Origin: Lysobacterales bacterium
GTDB lineage: Bacteria; Pseudomonadota; Gammaproteobacteria; Xanthomonadales; Marinicellaceae
NCBI GenBank assembly: GCA_026990095.1
Contig: JALSIL010000475.1
Location: 1 to 49,950 of the forward strand
Length of the DNA stretch: 49,950 nucleotides
Reading direction: 5' to 3'
Under the pieces are notes generated by a model. The model searched no databases. It was not told the DNA's origin and saw only the letters and a program-made list of their open reading frames with translations. The position numbers and the translations under genes are program-made. Shown here piece by piece: positions 45,822 to 49,950 of the stretch (position 1 is the stretch's first letter; each line of letters begins with the position of its first letter).

Positions 45822-46580
45822 ATGGCTAACAAGCGCTTAAGAGTTCTCACCTACAATATCCATAAAGGTTTCAGTACGGGCAATCGCCGCTTTGTTTTAA
45901 AGCAAATTCATAAACATTTGATTGCCGAAGACGCTGACCTCTTATTTCTTCAGGAATTACAAGGCAAGCATCAATCGCATCAGGAAAAAATCAAAGACTG
46001 GCCTGAACAGTGCCAATCCGAATTTCTTGCCGAAAAAAACTGGCCTCATTACGCCTATGGAAAAAATGCAACCTATAGTGCCGGCCACCACGGCAATGCC
46101 ATATTAAGCAAATTTGCTCTCGAATCCTGGGAGAATATCAACGTATCGCCTTTTTCATGGGCGAGTCGCAGTATTTTGCACGGCGTTGTTAATATTCCGC
46201 CACTTAAAACCAGGTTACACATGGTCTGCGTGCATTTTGGCTTAACTTCTTATGAGAGAAAACGACAAATCGAAACGCTCAGCCAACGTATTGAAGCACA
46301 TGTTCCGGCTAATGAACCTTTAATCGTAGCAGGTGATTTTAATGATTGGCTTGGTCGTGCGGATAAACAATTTTATCAGCATCTTCATTTACAAGAGGTT
46401 TTTCTCACCTTACATGGCGCACATGCAAAATCATTCCCGAGCTGGCTCCCTGTTTTGCCTATGGATCGAATTTATTTCCGTGGTTTGCATGCAATTGAAT
46501 GCAACCGTTTAGGCCCATCTCCTTGGCACGAACTTTCAGACCATAGCCCACTTATGGCAATTTTCGAACTTGCCTCTTAA
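45822..46580 (+). CDS. Endonuclease/exonuclease/phosphatase (EEP) family protein
   Basis: Motifs are LRVLTYNIHKG, LFLQELQ, VAGDFND and LSDHSPL. Confidence 0.8.
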   Translation: MANKRLRVLTYNIHKGFSTGNRRFVLKQIHKHLIAEDADLLFLQELQGKHQSHQEKIKDWPEQCQSEFLAEKNWPHYAYGKNATYSAGHHGNAILSKFALESWENINVSPFSWASRSILHGVVNIPPLKTRLHMVCVHFGLTSYERKRQIETLSQRIEAHVPANEPLIVAGDFNDWLGRADKQFYQHLHLQEVFLTLHGAHAKSFPSWLPVLPMDRIYFRGLHAIECNRLGPSPWHELSDHSPLMAIFELAS

Positions 46581-46616
46581 CTTAGGAACGTGCACGGAAT
46601 TAAGTTTACTGAAAGT

Positions 46617-46928
46617 TTAATCCAGCCAATCAGCCAGATCCATGTCTTCATTCTTAGGTTTATGAATATCCGGATCGGAATAACCTAAATCATCAACTTC
46701 CAGGTCTCCAAAGGGCGCACTCCAGTCCTCTGGTGTTTCAATATAATCAAACGTTGAACTATACCAGCTATCCTTGTCGTATTCGCTAATATCACCATTA
46801 GAATACTGAACTTCTATCGTATCGCCATTATCATCAATAGCTACTACAACAAAAGTTAAATCATTCTCTAAGTCTTTGTACCAACTTCCAATTACTGGAT
46901 CTGTAACAGTTGTCATGATCGGCACCAT
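46617..46928 (-). CDS. Small acidic hypothetical protein
   Basis: 103 aa and very D/E-rich. AGGAC lies 11 nt upstream of the ATG. I recognise no family. Confidence 0.45.
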   Translation of the reverse strand: MVPIMTTVTDPVIGSWYKDLENDLTFVVVAIDDNGDTIEVQYSNGDISEYDKDSWYSSTFDYIETPEDWSAPFGDLEVDDLGYSDPDIHKPKNEDMDLADWLD

Positions 46929-47090
46929 AAATTGAGTCCTATAGTGCTATTTATAGACCAATCGATAGGGGTAAAGCAAGTAAAATCGATGTGAATTATA
47001 AAATTGAATCAGATGAGCATAGATGTTATTTTGAAGGGTTAGGTTTTATTGCATTGCATCGAACCAAACAGCCCGTCAAATCTATCGCAA

Positions 47091-47636
47091 CTAATTGAAT
47101 ATACTAAATAACCCTAGTGAAACACCAGTAAGAAACAGAATCAACAAAGCAAATAAAGACAATACCCCGAAAAATAAATAAAAAGGATTAACCAGAGGAC
47201 CGATACTAAAATATTGCTCCAAAATATTATCAGCAGAATTTAAAAGCGAGCGGATCTCGAACAATTTTTTTGCCTGACCGAAAAAATTCAAAGCACCTTT
47301 TTTACCTGACTTCATCGCATGCCAACTTTGGGCAACGTCTTCAGTGACATCATCCATCATTTCTTCAGCAATTTTGGGGATATCCTTTAAATTTTCCAGA
47401 GCAAACCAGAAACGCGTTAAAATCAGGACTGGAATGATCGCCAATCCAACAACTCCCAGACTCATTACCAAAGAAAAATGATGCAAATGAAAAAAATAGA
47501 CAAAAATCCAGACAATGATTGCTAAGGATATCAACAGCAGGATCCCAAGAGCATCAGCCAGATCATCTACCAAAGGCAATAAACGCTGAAAGACTGTTTG
47601 CAATTTTTCCAATGCAGATGATTCAAGTACCATCAT
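47091..47636 (-). CDS. Hypothetical membrane protein (about 4 TM segments)
   Basis: 181 aa. Its start ATG overlaps the rapA stop (TAATG). The hydrophobic segments are ILLLISLAIIVWIFVYFF, LVMSLGVVGLAIIPVLIL and FYLFFGVLSLFALLILFLTGV. Confidence 0.5.
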   Translation of the reverse strand: MMVLESSALEKLQTVFQRLLPLVDDLADALGILLLISLAIIVWIFVYFFHLHHFSLVMSLGVVGLAIIPVLILTRFWFALENLKDIPKIAEEMMDDVTEDVAQSWHAMKSGKKGALNFFGQAKKLFEIRSLLNSADNILEQYFSIGPLVNPFYLFFGVLSLFALLILFLTGVSLGLFSIFN

Positions 47637-49950
47637 TAACTCACGACCAAAAATCTAACTGCATCCATTTTCAGCCTGGCGTCATTCATTTTACTGTGCA
47701 AATCTCGCGTCAGGTTCTGCAGATATTCAATCTCCTCATCTTTGATACCTGGGTTCACCTTTTTTAATCTGACCAGGCGTTTAATTTCATCGCTCATGGT
47801 TTCAAGCATTTCTGAAACGCTTTCTTGCACAATATCCTCCATTTCATGACTTGCTGTTTGTTGCGCTGTTTCAAGTAAACTATTAATATGACTTTTCTGG
47901 CTAATTAGAAAATCAGTGATTTTTTCTTTTTCAACTTCAGTATCAACTTCAATCAAACTACCATGATTGATCTGACTAGAAAGATCATTACCTTGTTGGT
48001 CAATCAAGATGCGTACCGGCGTTGGAGGTAAAAATCTACCAATTTTTAATATTGCCGGGGCACTGCATTCAACAATAAACAAAACTTCCAGCAGGAATTG
48101 GCCTGGCTTTATTTCTGGATGGCTGACCACACTGACTGAAGCATTGCCGATTTCACTGGACAATGTCAGTTCCATGGCATCAGCTACCATCGCATGCTCC
48201 CAGGACAAAAACTGCATATCCTCACGGGCTAATGCAATTTCCCGGTTTACTGTGACAGTAACGCCATCTTCCGGAACATGAGGAAAATAATCAATTCGTC
48301 TGTGTTCACCCGGTTTTAGAATATGGCAATCCGCTGAATGGTATTCATAATCAACACCATAACAATCGAAAACCTGCTCCATATAATCCCAAAGCGTATC
48401 TGGCTTAAAACTTTGTATTTGCTGAATATACAGCTCTGCCTCCTGTTTACGACAAGAGTTTAACTCCAATAATTGATCACGACCATCGTGTAACTGTTGC
48501 TCCAATTTCTGAGTTAATTCTGATGTCGCCACAACAAATTGATCCATGCCAGAATGATCATTGGCAGATAATCTTTGCTTCAATTCCTGTGCCTGTAATT
48601 CATAAACTTTCGATGCTGCTGAACAATTTTTCCGAAAAGCATCCAAGCCCTTGTGATACCAGTGAAACAATATTTCCTGAGGTGTTTTTTCAAGATAGGG
48701 AACATGAATCTGAATAACCTCTGTCTGACCGATCCTATCCAGTCGACCAATACGCTGCTGCAATAAATCAGGATTTTCCGGCAGATCAAATAAAATCAAA
48801 TGATGCACAAACTGGAAATTTCTGCCTTCACTGCCAATTTCAGAACAAATCAATATTCGAGCATTACTGTCAGGATCGTCAAAATAAGCTGCGGCCCTAT
48901 CGCGCTCAATAATGGTTAATCCTTCATGAAATACAGCAGCCGGTATTCCAGTCTTGTTATTGAGTGCCTGCCCTAACGCCATGGCCATTTCGGCGCTATG
49001 ACAAATCAGAACTGATTTCTCCTGATCTAATTCTCGGATTTTATCAACCAACCAACGATACCTAGGGTCATCCTGAATATTATCCTTCGGATCTATTACC
49101 TCATTTTTTGTTAATGGATAATGATGACATTGTCTTTCTGGAAAACCGCCAACTGTTTTTCGAGAATTTCTAAACAATATTCGGCCAGTACCATGATGGT
49201 CGAGCAGTAATTGCAAAATTTCCTGTCGGGCAGATTCTGCCTGCTCAGGCTGATCAAGCTGCTCCAACAAGGTTTCAACATTTTCTCGCTTTAGTAAATT
49301 TTTTAGACTAAATTCCAGTTCTTGAGTTAAGGATTTACCATCAGCTAATAACTTGGCGACTTTGGCAACCGGTTCAAATTGAGATTCTTCATCAAGAAAA
49401 GCCTTAAAATTATGAAAACGGTCAGGGTCTAACAATCGGAGTCTGGCGAAATGGCTTTTCTTGCCCAATTGTTCGGGGGTTGCACTTAACAAGATTAGTC
49501 CTGCTGACTGGATACTTAATTTTTCTATAAACTGATATTCAAGACTGGGATTTGTTTCATCCCATTCAATATGATGAGCCTCGTCGACAACCACCATATC
49601 CCATGTCGCTTCCAGTGCCTGAAGCTGTCGATCTGGATATTGCTTGAAAAAATCCAGACTGCATAAAATTAATTGTTCAGACTGAAATGGATTTTTACTA
49701 TGGGTTTCGACACAGCGTTCCTGGTCAAAAATACTGAATCGAAGATTAAATCGCCTGAGCATCTCAACCAGCCATTGATATTGCAGACTTTCAGGAACAA
49801 TAATCAATACTCTGCTGCTTAAACCGTTAATGATCCGATGCTGCAAAATCAAACCGGCTTCAATGGTTTTCCCCAAACCCACCTCATCAGCCAACATCAC
49901 CCGAGTCACCGGTCTGTTTGCGGCTTCATGAGCAATATAAATTTGATGCT
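47636..49950 (-). CDS. rapA: RNA polymerase-associated SNF2 ATPase RapA (HepA); N-terminus beyond the right window edge
   Basis: Motifs are VMLADEVGLGKTIEAG (motif I), VVVDEAHH (DEAH) and QQRIGRLDRIGQ (motif VI). The reading frame stays open upstream of the track start (…HQIYIAHEAANRPVTRVML), so the gene is 5'-partial. Confidence 0.9.
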   Translation of the reverse strand, partial: HQIYIAHEAANRPVTRVMLADEVGLGKTIEAGLILQHRIINGLSSRVLIIVPESLQYQWLVEMLRRFNLRFSIFDQERCVETHSKNPFQSEQLILCSLDFFKQYPDRQLQALEATWDMVVVDEAHHIEWDETNPSLEYQFIEKLSIQSAGLILLSATPEQLGKKSHFARLRLLDPDRFHNFKAFLDEESQFEPVAKVAKLLADGKSLTQELEFSLKNLLKRENVETLLEQLDQPEQAESARQEILQLLLDHHGTGRILFRNSRKTVGGFPERQCHHYPLTKNEVIDPKDNIQDDPRYRWLVDKIRELDQEKSVLICHSAEMAMALGQALNNKTGIPAAVFHEGLTIIERDRAAAYFDDPDSNARILICSEIGSEGRNFQFVHHLILFDLPENPDLLQQRIGRLDRIGQTEVIQIHVPYLEKTPQEILFHWYHKGLDAFRKNCSAASKVYELQAQELKQRLSANDHSGMDQFVVATSELTQKLEQQLHDGRDQLLELNSCRKQEAELYIQQIQSFKPDTLWDYMEQVFDCYGVDYEYHSADCHILKPGEHRRIDYFPHVPEDGVTVTVNREIALAREDMQFLSWEHAMVADAMELTLSSEIGNASVSVVSHPEIKPGQFLLEVLFIVECSAPAILKIGRFLPPTPVRILIDQQGNDLSSQINHGSLIEVDTEVEKEKITDFLISQKSHINSLLETAQQTASHEMEDIVQESVSEMLETMSDEIKRLVRLKKVNPGIKDEEIEYLQNLTRDLHSKMNDARLKMDAVRFLVVS

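Noticed and set aside
1-49950. CRISPR arrays, tRNA or rRNA genes, transposases, integrases and prophage or defence-system genes.
   Set aside because: I scanned the intergenic regions and the ORF translations. I found no regularly spaced direct repeats, no cloverleaf-like sequences, no DDE or tyrosine-recombinase motifs and no recognisable defence gene signatures. A tRNA or ncRNA scan would still be needed to exclude small RNAs.

Overview
All family names below come from reading motifs in the supplied translations. No database search was run.

The window looks like a low-GC Gram-negative chromosome, probably gammaproteobacterial. Hand counts on single 60-nt lines range from about 23 % to 50 % GC.

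**Positions 1-34827: exopolysaccharide locus.** This is one large, almost entirely minus-strand locus of the XrtA/PEP-CTERM (EpsH-type) class. It contains:
- the export and regulatory core: PrsT TPR lipoprotein, Wza-like exporter, chain-length determinant, BY tyrosine kinase, locus-specific outer-membrane barrel and ExeA-like ATPase;
- modification and assembly genes: two NodB deacetylases, a FemAB-like protein, three GT-B glycosyltransferases, three asparagine-synthase paralogues (one lacking the catalytic Cys), a CapK/PaaK-like adenylating enzyme, a Wzx flippase, an O-antigen-ligase-like protein and a SAM methyltransferase;
- a secreted Kelch-like protein with a PEP-CTERM-type tail;
- a module of two hydrolases, an ACP and a GNAT-like protein.

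No exosortase (XrtA/EpsI) and no priming transferase is visible in the window.

**Positions 18031-21203: plus-strand island.** This is the only plus-strand segment of the locus. It encodes a Tat-signal Cys-containing protein followed by a translationally coupled trio: a PqqD-like peptide chaperone, an HprK-related P-loop kinase and a PF14907-type nucleotidyltransferase. This RiPP-style tailoring set has no known substrate and is the most interesting feature.

**Other notable signals:**
- G9 and C9 homopolymer tracts in and upstream of one glycosyltransferase gene;
- a hexanucleotide microsatellite encoding the (YG)n tail of the tyrosine kinase;
- a palindromic MITE/ERIC-like repeat present twice.

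**Positions 34895-49950: mostly housekeeping.** Genes are kdsB, trm112-like, lpxK, exbD, exbB, an MFS transporter, aroC, prmB, an HDOD plus FliK-like pair, a small repeat protein, trxC, a CarS-like CTP-transferase, an EEP nuclease/phosphatase, two hypothetical proteins and 5'-truncated rapA.

No rRNA, tRNA, CRISPR array or transposase was recognised.
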